Origin: Clostridia bacterium
GTDB taxonomy: Bacteria; Bacillota; Clostridia; Oscillospirales; Acutalibacteraceae
Assembly (NCBI GenBank): GCA_017434985.1
Contig: JAFSFY010000039.1
Span: 36,849 to 100,848, forward strand
DNA: 64,000 nucleotides
Reading direction: 5' to 3'
Shown: positions 7,892 to 17,371 of the stretch, piece by piece
Numbering within the stretch: position 1 is the first letter of the stretch
Layout of the letters: each line of letters begins with the position of its first letter
The notes under the pieces: generated by a model
What the model was told of the DNA's origin: nothing
What the model saw: only the letters and a program-made list of their open reading frames with translations
Databases searched by the model: none
Made by a program: the position numbers and the translations under genes

Positions 7892-10800
7892 ATGGATCGA
7901 CACGGCAAAGAACGATCGACCTCGCCTGCGGCGAAAGCGATAACCATCGTGCTGTCGGTGGTGGCGGTGTTGACGGTTTTGTGTTTGGTTGCGACCCATT
8001 TCGGACTCTCGGAAGCGGTGTCGTCGATCTTGACGCCGAACGCGACCACCACAACATCGACCGGCTCGACTACGACCACCGTGCCGACCACCACGACCAC
8101 GGCGGCAAAACCGCCGAAATATGCCTTTCCTGATGAGATGAAAGGCGTGTGGCTCACGGCGGGAACGGATTATTTGAAAAATGCCAACAACACTGCTGCG
8201 GCGGTGAAAGAGCAAATTGACGCGGCCTTTGCCGCAATGAGTGACTGGGAGTTCAACACCCTGCTTGTGCCTCTTCACTACAAGGACAAAGCGTTATATC
8301 CCTCGGTGTTGTTGGAAGCGGTTTCCCTCAAACAACAAGACGGCACGGTATTTGATCCGCTTGCGTATATTGTGGATCACGCTCGTGCACGAAAGATGTA
8401 CGTTTACGGTATTGTGGATCTGCACGTGCGTGACAAAGCGCTGAACGATCCGCGCACCGCCGCCGGGCAGGAAGCGGCTCTCATCAACGTGAAAGAGCAG
8501 ATCGCACCCTACGCGTTTGACGGTTATTTTCTGTCGAATTTCTCCTATTCGATCGGGCAACTTGAAAAGGATGCCGATCTGACGGCGGCGAGTACCGCAC
8601 TGGACACCCTCATGTCGGCGGCGGTGACCGCGATTCGCGAACACAACCGCGACCTGTACGTGGGCTTGCTGTCCACGGGTATTTGGGCGCACGCCTCGGT
8701 GGACAAGCGTGGCTCGAAAACGGGTGAATTTTACGAGGAAATGACCGACGGGCGTGCCGACACGCTTGCGTGGGTACAAAAAGGTCTTTTCAACTGCGTG
8801 ATGATGCAGGCGGACAGTTCCACCAATCATCCGACCGCGCCGTTCCAAAATATGCTGGAATGGTGGGGGAACACGGTGGGGGATATCCCGCTGTACGTGT
8901 CCCATTCCGCCAACACCATCGGTTCGTATAAAGTTGGTTGGAAACTCACCGACCAGTTGGCCAAACAATATTTGTACTGCAAAGACACCAAGGCGTGGAA
9001 AGGGAGTGTTTACAACTCGCTTACCGCCTTGGTGAAAGATAAGACAGGTATCGTGGAGGCCCTGAAAAAAGCGTACGAGGGTACGCTGGATGAAGCCTTT
9101 TTGTACAACACCCTCTCGGTGAGCAACCCCACCAAAACCTCGTTTACCACCACGTCGTCGACGGTGAAATTTGAGGGCGGCGGTGACACCAACTTCCCGC
9201 TTACCATCAACGGGGAAGAAGTGCCGCTCACCGAACACGGTTTCTTTACACAGAGTTACACGCTGAATATCGGTAAAAATACCTTTGTGTTTTCACACAA
9301 AGGCCTGTCGCGCACCTATGAAGTGGTGTACAAACAAACGTTGCTCCAAAGTGTCTCGCCGTCCGACAATATGACGGTAGAGGGCGGCAGTATGTTTGTG
9401 GTATCGGTCGAAGCGCGCAAAGGTTCTACCGTAAAAGCCACGTTGGGCGGTCAAACCATCACGCTGGAAGAGCAGGCGACCAAGGAAGACGAGGGTGGCG
9501 GTCCCGAAAGTGATTTTGCTACCTTCAGCGCGTCTTTGACCTTGCCGAGCGGCGATATCGGCGTGGCCAAACCGCTCGGTGCGGTGTCGGTCACCGCTTC
9601 GTACAACGGTTTGTCTGAAACCAAAGCGGGCGGCACCGTCACCATTGAAGCGTTGCCCGTTCCGACGACCACGACCACCACCACGACTACGACGACAACG
9701 ACTACTACCACGACCACCGCAACCGAAACGACGGGGACGGGGGATACGAGCGAGACGGGGGATGCTTCGACAGCAGAGACCACCGTGACCACGACGACTA
9801 CGGTCACGCGCCCGGAACCCACCTTGCCGACGGGCAGTGCGAAAAACGTGGTGGTGATCACCGCCGATTACGCCGAGACCTTCAAAGGCGGCACGGCGGA
9901 CGACCATTCGCGCCCATATAACTCCCTATTGCCGAAAGGCACATGGGATTATTTGGCGGGCAAAGTATACAACGGTTCGCTTTCCTATTATTCGCTTGCT
10001 TCGGGCAAACGCGTGTATATGAAAGACGCCACCGTCGTGCAGGCCGGGGAACTGCCGTTGTCGGCGCTGTACAATCTGTCGGCGAACGTGACCGCTTCAC
10101 ACACGGTGTTCACCGTGGACAGTGATTGGTACGTGCCAATGTATTTGGCGGCGTATCCGCAATCCTACGAGAACGATAACAAAGCGATATACGGCATTGA
10201 AAAATACGGACAAACCGCCGAATACGTGGAAGTGACGTTCCATTATATCGCGTCGATTCCTGCGGCTCCCGATCTGTCACAAAACCCGTTGTTCTCCAAA
10301 GCGGAATGGATCAAAGGAGAGAACAACACCTACAAACTGAAGTTGACCTTGCGCAAAAAAGGCGCGTATTACGGGGCGTCCTACGTGTGGAAAAACGGCA
10401 AGCTGACCTTGTCTTTCTTGAATCCTGCGGACATCTCGCAAAACACGGGTGCCGAAAAACTCAAAGGCATTCGCATTTTGATCGACCCCGGTCACGGCTC
10501 TACCACCGACAAACCGCACGAAGCCCCGTTCAACCTTGACTATGCCAACACGCTCAAGGAAAAACTTGAAAGCCTCGGCGCCACCGTGGATATGACCCGC
10601 AACACCTATCCCGTTGACGTGTCGTTGCAACAACGCACCACGATGGCCAACAACGGCGGCTATCATTTGTTTATCAGTATCCATATGGATGGCGCCAACG
10701 GCAAAGCCACGGGTGCCACCGCGTGGTATTACTTTGAAAACGCCTACACCGCTTCCACGTATATCTATGAACAGATGCACGCGGCGGAGATCACCTACGG

Positions 10801-11029
10801 TGTCGGCACCACGCAAAACGGTACGCCGCGCGCTTCGGGCACCAAATGGAGCACGTTGTGGCTCAACCGCACCATCGTCAGTTGCCCCGCCGTTCTGTTG
10901 GAGTGCGCGTTCCTTGACAACCCCAAGGATAAAGAAGCACTCATCAACCCGTTGTATCGCGACAAGTTGATGCAAGGCGCCGCCAACGGCATCATCAACT
11001 ATTTTGCTTCGCAGGGGAGCGGCGTATGA
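7892..11029 (+). CDS. Membrane-anchored multidomain cell-wall hydrolase: GHL10-like domain + middle domain + poly-Thr linker + C-terminal N-acetylmuramoyl-L-alanine amidase (Amidase_3)
   Basis: RBS AAAGGTGGTG. N-terminal TM AITIVLSVVAVLTVLCLVA. MKGVWLTAGTDYL... resembles GHL10. A perfect T19 run is followed by GIRILIDPGHGSTTDKPHEAPFNLDYANTLKEKLESLGATVDMTRN...LFISIHMDGANGKATGATAWYY...LLECAFLDNPKDKEAL, the Amidase_3 zinc-site pattern. Confidence 0.75.
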   Translation: MDRHGKERSTSPAAKAITIVLSVVAVLTVLCLVATHFGLSEAVSSILTPNATTTTSTGSTTTTVPTTTTTAAKPPKYAFPDEMKGVWLTAGTDYLKNANNTAAAVKEQIDAAFAAMSDWEFNTLLVPLHYKDKALYPSVLLEAVSLKQQDGTVFDPLAYIVDHARARKMYVYGIVDLHVRDKALNDPRTAAGQEAALINVKEQIAPYAFDGYFLSNFSYSIGQLEKDADLTAASTALDTLMSAAVTAIREHNRDLYVGLLSTGIWAHASVDKRGSKTGEFYEEMTDGRADTLAWVQKGLFNCVMMQADSSTNHPTAPFQNMLEWWGNTVGDIPLYVSHSANTIGSYKVGWKLTDQLAKQYLYCKDTKAWKGSVYNSLTALVKDKTGIVEALKKAYEGTLDEAFLYNTLSVSNPTKTSFTTTSSTVKFEGGGDTNFPLTINGEEVPLTEHGFFTQSYTLNIGKNTFVFSHKGLSRTYEVVYKQTLLQSVSPSDNMTVEGGSMFVVSVEARKGSTVKATLGGQTITLEEQATKEDEGGGPESDFATFSASLTLPSGDIGVAKPLGAVSVTASYNGLSETKAGGTVTIEALPVPTTTTTTTTTTTTTTTTTTATETTGTGDTSETGDASTAETTVTTTTTVTRPEPTLPTGSAKNVVVITADYAETFKGGTADDHSRPYNSLLPKGTWDYLAGKVYNGSLSYYSLASGKRVYMKDATVVQAGELPLSALYNLSANVTASHTVFTVDSDWYVPMYLAAYPQSYENDNKAIYGIEKYGQTAEYVEVTFHYIASIPAAPDLSQNPLFSKAEWIKGENNTYKLKLTLRKKGAYYGASYVWKNGKLTLSFLNPADISQNTGAEKLKGIRILIDPGHGSTTDKPHEAPFNLDYANTLKEKLESLGATVDMTRNTYPVDVSLQQRTTMANNGGYHLFISIHMDGANGKATGATAWYYFENAYTASTYIYEQMHAAEITYGVGTTQNGTPRASGTKWSTLWLNRTIVSCPAVLLECAFLDNPKDKEALINPLYRDKLMQGAANGIINYFASQGSGV

Positions 11030-11754
11030 TCTACTCGTTTCAATCGCATGAAGAACTCGATTCCACCAACCGCTTGGCACACGAATTGGCCAAAAACGGT
11101 GCGCCTGAGGGTACGGTGGTAACGGCACGTCGCCAAACGAACGGGCGCGGCCGTTTCGGTCGCTCGTTTTTCTCGCCCGACGGGACGGGACTGTATATGA
11201 GCATCATCCTGCGCCCTGCGTTGTCGGTGGACCGAGTGCTCTATATCACCACCGCCGCCGCGGCGGCGGTTGCCCGTGCCGTTGAGCGATTAACGGGAGA
11301 AACGGCACAGATCAAATGGGTCAACGACGTGTATTATCGCGGCAAAAAAGTGGCAGGTATCCTCACCGAAGGAGCAGTAAGCGGCGATACGCTCGCGTAT
11401 GCCGTGCTCGGTATCGGGGTAAACGTTGCACCGCCAAACGGCGGTTTCCCGACGGAGATCATCCGCAAAGCGGGCACGTTGTTCGATACGCCGTGCGATA
11501 AACGCGACGAGTTGTGTCGCCATATTTTGGATTACTTTGACGAGTATTACGGCACACTGACACAAAAACCGTTTTTGGAGGATTACCGAAGCCGCAGTTT
11601 GCTGAACGGCAAGACGGTACAACTGCTCGGCACGGACGATGTCCCGATCGAAACGGCGACCGTGCTCGGCATTGACGACGAGTGCGCCCTGATCGTGCAA
11701 ACCAAAGACGGCATTCGCCACCTGCAAAGCGGCGACGTCAGCCTACGACTATAA
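11026..11754 (+). CDS. birA: Biotin--[acetyl-CoA-carboxylase] ligase, group I (no DNA-binding domain)
   Basis: HELAKNGAPEGTVVTARRQTNGRGRFGRSFFSPDGTGLYMSIILRP...WVNDVYYRGKKVAGILTEG. There is an ATGA overlap with the upstream gene. Confidence 0.85.
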   Translation: MIYSFQSHEELDSTNRLAHELAKNGAPEGTVVTARRQTNGRGRFGRSFFSPDGTGLYMSIILRPALSVDRVLYITTAAAAAVARAVERLTGETAQIKWVNDVYYRGKKVAGILTEGAVSGDTLAYAVLGIGVNVAPPNGGFPTEIIRKAGTLFDTPCDKRDELCRHILDYFDEYYGTLTQKPFLEDYRSRSLLNGKTVQLLGTDDVPIETATVLGIDDECALIVQTKDGIRHLQSGDVSLRL

Positions 11755-11791
11755 AAAAAGACGGTCACCTACGGGTGACCGTCTTTTGTTT
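11753..11791. terminator. Bidirectional terminator between birA and the phosphoglucomutase gene
   Basis: agacggtcacc-tacg-ggtgaccgtct hairpin with flanking A-run and T-run. Confidence 0.6.
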
Positions 11792-11793
11792 AG

Positions 11794-13500
11794 TTATTTC
11801 ATCAATTCTTTGGCGGCGTCGCACAAGCGCGCGGCCACCTGTTCGGAGGCTTCCATCGTCGCTTCGGCGGCGGTGACGTAGCCTTTCACTTTCGGCTCGG
11901 TTCCCGACGGGCGAATGATGAGCCCCGCGTTGCCTTCCAATTCGTAGGAGAGCACGTTGGATTTCGGCAGATCAATGGCGGTCGTGCGATCACCCTCAAT
12001 GCGTACACTTTCGAGGTAATCGGCACGCGCGAGCACACGCAGTCCCGCAATTGTGGCGGGCGGTTCCTTGCGAAGGCGCGTCATCAGATTTTCCATCGCG
12101 ATCATCCCTTGTGCGCCCTCAAACTGCACGTTCACCAAACGGTGCAGATACACGCCGTGTTCGGCGTACAAGCTGTTCAATACTTCAATGAGCGATTGCC
12201 CCTTGCTCTTATAATACGCGGCCATTTCGCAGATGAGCATCGACGTGACCACCGCGTCTTTGTCGCGCGCGTGGATGCCCGCCAAGTAACCGTAACTTTC
12301 CTCAAATCCGAACAAATACCGTTCGGGGTGTCCTGCCTCTTCCAACAGGCCGATCTGTTCGCCGATGTACTTAAAGCCGGTCAACACTTCGCGCATCTCA
12401 CACCCGTATTTGGCGGCAATGCGGGCCGCAAGGTTGGAGGTCACGATGGTTTTGACCACCACGGGGTCTTGCGGCAAACGCCCCTGCTCGGCAAGGCCCG
12501 AGAGAATGTAGTTGAGCAGCAAACAACCCGTTTCGTTGCCCGTAAACAACACGTACTTGTCACCGTCAGGCACCGCAATGCCCACGCGGTCACAGTCGGG
12601 GTCGGTGGCGAGAAGCAGGTCGGGTTTCACCGTTTCGGCAAGTTGAAGCGCCAAACCAAAAGCCTCTTTAATTTCGGGATTCGGATACGGGGCGGTGGGG
12701 AAGTTGCCGTCGGGTAATTCCTGTTCGGGCACCACGGTGACCTTGTCAATGCCGATGCGGGAAAGAGCCGCCCGCACGGGCTTGTTGCCTGCGCCGTTGA
12801 GCGGGGTGTAGATGACCGACAAATCGGCGGTTTTGCCGATGCCGGGATGTACTTGTTGTTTGACGACCTCGTCCAAAAACGCGCCCACCAACGGTTGACC
12901 CAACAAGGTGATAACACCGTCAGCCACCGCCGTGTCAAAATCAGCGAGTTTCACCCCGCCGAACATATCGATGCGGCGAATGCACTCGGTGACGGCATTC
13001 GCATCGTCGTCGGTCATTTGGAATCCTTCGGAACCGTAGCATTTGTAGCCGTTATATTTGGCGGGGTTGTGGCTGGCGGTTACCATAATACCCGCTTGGC
13101 ACGCGAGTTTGCGCACCGTGTACGAAAGAACGGGAACGGGCTGCAACTCGGCGTACAAACTCACCGCAATGCCGTTTCCCGCGAGCACGCGCGCCGCCTC
13201 TTTGGCAAACAGGTCGGATTTGATGCGCGAGTCGTAGGCGATGGCCACGTGCGCCGAAGCATAACGGCTGTTGAGGTAATCCGCCAAACCTTGCGTGGCT
13301 TTGCGGACGGTGTAAATATTCATACGGTTATCACCCGCGCCGATCACACCGCGAAGGCCCGCGGTACCGAACTCGAGTTCGCGATAAAACCGATCGTATA
13401 TGGCATCTTCGTTTCCGTGAATTTCGGCGAGTTCCGCTTGCAGATCCGCGTCGTCCACCGCACATTTCACCCAACGGTCGTACAATTCCAAAACGTTCAT
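11794..13500 (-). CDS. Phosphoglucomutase/phosphomannomutase (alpha-D-phosphohexomutase family)
   Basis: GTAGLRG and TASHNPAKYNGYK active-site motifs. ATG 13500 is preceded by AAGGAGG; the upstream in-frame extension in the track lacks an RBS. Confidence 0.9.
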   Translation of the reverse strand: MNVLELYDRWVKCAVDDADLQAELAEIHGNEDAIYDRFYRELEFGTAGLRGVIGAGDNRMNIYTVRKATQGLADYLNSRYASAHVAIAYDSRIKSDLFAKEAARVLAGNGIAVSLYAELQPVPVLSYTVRKLACQAGIMVTASHNPAKYNGYKCYGSEGFQMTDDDANAVTECIRRIDMFGGVKLADFDTAVADGVITLLGQPLVGAFLDEVVKQQVHPGIGKTADLSVIYTPLNGAGNKPVRAALSRIGIDKVTVVPEQELPDGNFPTAPYPNPEIKEAFGLALQLAETVKPDLLLATDPDCDRVGIAVPDGDKYVLFTGNETGCLLLNYILSGLAEQGRLPQDPVVVKTIVTSNLAARIAAKYGCEMREVLTGFKYIGEQIGLLEEAGHPERYLFGFEESYGYLAGIHARDKDAVVTSMLICEMAAYYKSKGQSLIEVLNSLYAEHGVYLHRLVNVQFEGAQGMIAMENLMTRLRKEPPATIAGLRVLARADYLESVRIEGDRTTAIDLPKSNVLSYELEGNAGLIIRPSGTEPKVKGYVTAAEATMEASEQVAARLCDAAKELMK

Positions 13501-13777
13501 AAGCAACCTCCTTGAATTTCTATGAACAGTATACCAAATATTACCGATAAAATCAAGGGAGGAAGGTCGCAAAATGTGACAAAGCCCGTGCTGACCGGAT
13601 GTGGCCGGTAGTGCGGGTATATCCTACGGTAAAGCCGGAGGGAGGGGGTGTGTGCGGGGGAACCGTCAGGGTTTCCCCGCACTAGAGCGGGCGATGCCCG
13701 CGGAGCAAAGGCGAAAGATGACAAAGCCCGTGTCGAAAGACACGGGCTTTGTCGGTGGAGAGAAAACAAAAAGGGGG

Positions 13778-15985
13778 TTATTTCAATAAGTCGTTGGTGT
13801 AACCTTCCCCGAAGATCCACTCGTCGGTGACGTCTTCGATCGGAATATCCAGTTCACTTGCCACAAACTCGTAGATCCACGCGGGCAGTTCGGGGAGCGC
13901 AACGTAAGCGTAGTTTTGCTCGGTGTAGGTCCAATGTTCTTTTCCTTCGGTTCGTTCGCGTTCCAGTTGACCGCAGATATACGCAAACGGTTTGTCGGTG
14001 TCGATATCCGTTGCGGCGTTCGCTGTTTTCAACTGTTTGAGCCAATCGGCCACCTTGGCTTGCAAGGCGGGATCTTTCGGCAGCTTGAAAGAGCGCATCG
14101 GCGAAATTTTGCCGTCTTTGTAGAACTGCACCTCAAAATAATCGAGATCGTACGCTTCGTCCGCCAACACGGTCAAGCCGTCTGCGGCGTTAGAGGTCTT
14201 GTTAGCCAAATTGACGATATACTCGGCGGTTTGGGGCATCAGATGCTGATACACCGGCAGTTCAAACTCGTACCATTTGCCGCCCTCCGAAAGGCGAATG
14301 TAGAGGGTGGAGAGGGGGGCGATTTCGCCCGAAAGGGACGAAGTCAGTTGGTATTTCGTTTCAAAGTCGAGGGAGGTAAACTCTTTTTTGACAACGTCGT
14401 AGAATTTTTTCACTTCGTCGTTGTTTTTGAAGTTCACCCACAAAGCTTTGTCGCCGCCCACGTCCAAACCGGAGATGCTGTCGGGCAAGGTGGTGTAGGT
14501 CGTGCGATAATCGTCGTTGAGTTTCAACCGCTTGGTCAACTCGGCAATATCGTCCGGGTACACGTAGATACGGCGATAGCGCGTATAGCCGCCGCTTTTA
14601 ATGGCCACCGTCAAAGACGAGGCATTGTCCTTTTGAAACGCTTCGTCATAGCGGCGTCTCGAAATTTCCAGCAATCCCACCGTGTGTTCGAGTTGCTCGG
14701 ACACGATCTTGTTGATGGTTTCATCTTTGAGTTCGATTTCGGACACTTTGGCGGAGAAGTAATCGCGCGTTCCCGAATAGGAAGTCGCATAATAATTGAC
14801 GTCCATACCGCTGACGATGCGTACCGATTGAATGTCTTCGGGGGCAGGGCGGTACAGGAACAGCGTGCGCCCGAATCCGTACATCGTCATCATAAGTGCC
14901 ACGTTGGCTACCACGAGCCACAAAATAGTCGTTGCCGCTTTGCGGACGAGCCCGCGGAACCGACGGGTACAGAACACCTCGAACACCAAAAAAGCAAAGA
15001 TACCGCCACCGTATACCAGCGCCAAACTGCCGGCCTCGACCAGGTCTAAACTGTAATAGATATCACTGGTCAGCGAGTAGAGTCCGTAGGTGGCGATGGA
15101 GGTGATAACGAAACCTACCAAAAAGCGGAACAATCCTTGCAACCGTTTGCTCGGCGCGGAGTGACCGGCCGCTTCACTGCGGCGGCGCACAAACAACCAC
15201 GCGGCCGCGGCGGTGTACAGAAGACCGATTACCAACGTGTACATACCGCTTTGCCAACGATAGAGCGCCAAGTCCCAATCGCCGCCGACAAAGATGCTGT
15301 AGATAAAGCCGAACGGTACGTTGTAGGTGACGTTCAAAAACGGTGCAAAATCCAACCCTTGCACCAAGGGGAAGGTATCTTCGATCCCGCTGACGATCAT
15401 CAACGACACGACGCGCGGGAAGAAGATGAGAATGAGCGAGATGAGCAGATTGACCACCACCGTACCGCTCAGCGCGGTGGCGATGGCCACAGCACCGGCT
15501 ACCAGCCACGCACCTGCCAATGCGTTAAAGGAATACAGGAGCAACGATTTCAAATTGATGAGGAACAAATGCGGAAGAGAAGCAAAGGTGATGAGAGAGA
15601 CGGCGTTCGAGATGACCAATATGGCGACAAGCCAGGTCATCACCGCGCCGAAGAAACTGAAAAACAGGCACTGCCGTGTGGCAGGGATCGCGTGATAAAA
15701 GTCGGATGACTCCCGTTTATTTAAAAACGAAAACAGAAACAAGGTCATCAGCGGTGCAAACACACAAAACAGCAACACGAGCAACGGGTTCATTTCGAGC
15801 GCCGTGACGGTGTCAGGCGAGGGGATATCGGTATAGTTGGCGCGATATTGCAGGTAATTGAGTTGTTCCATCAGCGGGGTGACGACCGCCACCACCGTGG
15901 TGAGAATGGTGAACAGGAGTCCCATCAATTTTAACTGTTTCAGTCCGTCGATATACAAACGGACGTCAAACCACGTTTTTTTCAT
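13778..15985 (-). CDS. ABC-2-type transporter permease with a large C-terminal soluble domain (about 330 aa)
   Basis: 735 aa. About 8-10 hydrophobic segments in the first 400 aa, then a hydrophilic domain. RBS GGAGGTG. Last gene of the gntR-ATPase-permease operon. Confidence 0.7.
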   Translation of the reverse strand: MKKTWFDVRLYIDGLKQLKLMGLLFTILTTVVAVVTPLMEQLNYLQYRANYTDIPSPDTVTALEMNPLLVLLFCVFAPLMTLFLFSFLNKRESSDFYHAIPATRQCLFFSFFGAVMTWLVAILVISNAVSLITFASLPHLFLINLKSLLLYSFNALAGAWLVAGAVAIATALSGTVVVNLLISLILIFFPRVVSLMIVSGIEDTFPLVQGLDFAPFLNVTYNVPFGFIYSIFVGGDWDLALYRWQSGMYTLVIGLLYTAAAAWLFVRRRSEAAGHSAPSKRLQGLFRFLVGFVITSIATYGLYSLTSDIYYSLDLVEAGSLALVYGGGIFAFLVFEVFCTRRFRGLVRKAATTILWLVVANVALMMTMYGFGRTLFLYRPAPEDIQSVRIVSGMDVNYYATSYSGTRDYFSAKVSEIELKDETINKIVSEQLEHTVGLLEISRRRYDEAFQKDNASSLTVAIKSGGYTRYRRIYVYPDDIAELTKRLKLNDDYRTTYTTLPDSISGLDVGGDKALWVNFKNNDEVKKFYDVVKKEFTSLDFETKYQLTSSLSGEIAPLSTLYIRLSEGGKWYEFELPVYQHLMPQTAEYIVNLANKTSNAADGLTVLADEAYDLDYFEVQFYKDGKISPMRSFKLPKDPALQAKVADWLKQLKTANAATDIDTDKPFAYICGQLERERTEGKEHWTYTEQNYAYVALPELPAWIYEFVASELDIPIEDVTDEWIFGEGYTNDLLK

Positions 15986-15988
15986 TGT

Positions 15989-16888
15989 TTACACCTCCAA
16001 TACGTCGGACGTATAGCCGAGGGCTTCCATTTCATAGGTAAAAACCTCTTCGAGCGACAACGGCAACACGTCAAGGAGAATGGGTGCCATCGCTTGCAAG
16101 CGCGCCACCGTTTCGTCGCGGTCACCGCGCACGATGAGGTTGGCCACCGAACCGCGTTTGACAAACTGTAACATTTGAATGCCGCCGAACGCGTCTTGCG
16201 AGAAGTCGTGCGCAAAGGCGATCTGCACCTTGAACAGCGACGTTTTGAGATTTTGCACGTCGCTTTCCAGCACCAAGCCGCCCTTGTGTAACAACGCGAG
16301 TTGATCGCAGGTGTCCTCGAGTTCGCGCAGGGAGTGGGAGGTGATGATGGCGGTGGCCTGGCGCTCGAGCACGTCTTCGCAGATGAGGTTTTTCACCACC
16401 GTGCGCATCACGGGGTCAAGCCCGTCGAACGTTTCGTCAAAGAAGATGTATTGCGGCTTGGCCGACAACGCCAAAATGGTGGCGGCTTGCCGTTTCATAC
16501 CTTTGGAAAAGGTGTTGATCGGCTTTTTGGGGTTCAGCCCGAACGACTTGGTCAGTTTATAAAATCGTTCAAAATCAAAATCGGGGTGGATGGAGCGATG
16601 AAGATGGGCCATCCGTTCCATGGTGGCACCGGGCAAAAAATAGAGTGTGTCCGGCACGTAGGCAATGGTTTGCTTCACAGCGGGGTTTTCATATACGGGT
16701 GCGCCGTCGATCTCCACCGTGCCTACCTCAGCGCGGTACACACCCGTGAGGATACGCAAAAAGGTGGATTTTCCCGCGCCGTTGGAACCCACCATACCGT
16801 AAATACAGCCTTGGGGGATGGTGCAGGACAGATGATCGAGGGCGACGAAATCGTCAAACCGTTTGGTTAGGTTTTGCGCTTGGATCAC
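15989..16888 (-). CDS. ABC transporter ATP-binding protein
   Basis: Walker A GSNGAGKST, ABC signature LSKGMKRQ, Walker B IFFDETFDGLD. GTG start after AAAGGAGGG. Confidence 0.9.
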   Translation of the reverse strand: MIQAQNLTKRFDDFVALDHLSCTIPQGCIYGMVGSNGAGKSTFLRILTGVYRAEVGTVEIDGAPVYENPAVKQTIAYVPDTLYFLPGATMERMAHLHRSIHPDFDFERFYKLTKSFGLNPKKPINTFSKGMKRQAATILALSAKPQYIFFDETFDGLDPVMRTVVKNLICEDVLERQATAIITSHSLRELEDTCDQLALLHKGGLVLESDVQNLKTSLFKVQIAFAHDFSQDAFGGIQMLQFVKRGSVANLIVRGDRDETVARLQAMAPILLDVLPLSLEEVFTYEMEALGYTSDVLEV

Positions 16889-17264
16889 AAGAAATCCCTC
16901 CTTTGGAATAAGCAGTTTCGATACAGTCGAGAATTTCCTCTTTGGGTATGCCGGCCATCGCCAATTCGGCTACCAGCGCTTGCAAGCTCGTCAGCTTTTT
17001 GCGCTTGAGTTCGGTCAGCGCCGTTTTGGCGCTCGGCGAAACAAAACAACCGATGCCCGGAACCGAATAGATGATACCGCGGTTATCCAGTTCGGAATAG
17101 GCTTTTTGAATGGTGTTGGGGTTGATGGACAATTCCAGCGACAAACTGCGCACCGACGGCAACTGCGTGTCGGCGGGGAGAATGTCGAGCAGTACAAACT
17201 GTTCCATCTGATCGATGAGTTGTTCATACACCGGTTGGCGTGACAGGGGATCAATGCGAAACAT
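16854..17264 (-). CDS. GntR-family (YtrA subfamily) transcriptional regulator
   Basis: MFRIDPLSRQPVYEQLIDQMEQFVLLDILPADTQLPSVRSLSLELSINPNTIQKAYSELDNRGIIYSVPGIGCFV. Short C-terminal domain typical of YtrA. RBS AAAGGAGG. Confidence 0.85.
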   Translation of the reverse strand: MFRIDPLSRQPVYEQLIDQMEQFVLLDILPADTQLPSVRSLSLELSINPNTIQKAYSELDNRGIIYSVPGIGCFVSPSAKTALTELKRKKLTSLQALVAELAMAGIPKEEILDCIETAYSKGGISCDPSAKPNQTV

Positions 17265-17297
17265 ACCGTACCTCCTTTCGGAAAAGTTGACTGTGTT

Positions 17298-17324
17298 AGG
17301 TGTACTATTTCAAGTAGTACACCT
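17298..17324. promoter_or_regulatory. Perfect 10-bp inverted repeat AGGTGTACTA-N7-TAGTACACCT: candidate YtrA/GntR autoregulatory operator
   Basis: Seen directly about 35 bp upstream of the gntR start. GT-N-AC-type palindromes are the known GntR-family operator architecture. Confidence 0.5.
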
Positions 17325-17371
17325 ATACGATAACAGACCCCTCGACATTTGTCAAGGGGTTTTGTGTAATT

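Noticed and set aside
13601-13830. Two overlapping 60-62-aa plus-strand ORFs in the pgm-permease intergenic region
   Set aside because: They are Gly/Arg-rich with no RBS. The region is better explained as the operon terminator hairpin plus the pgm promoter.
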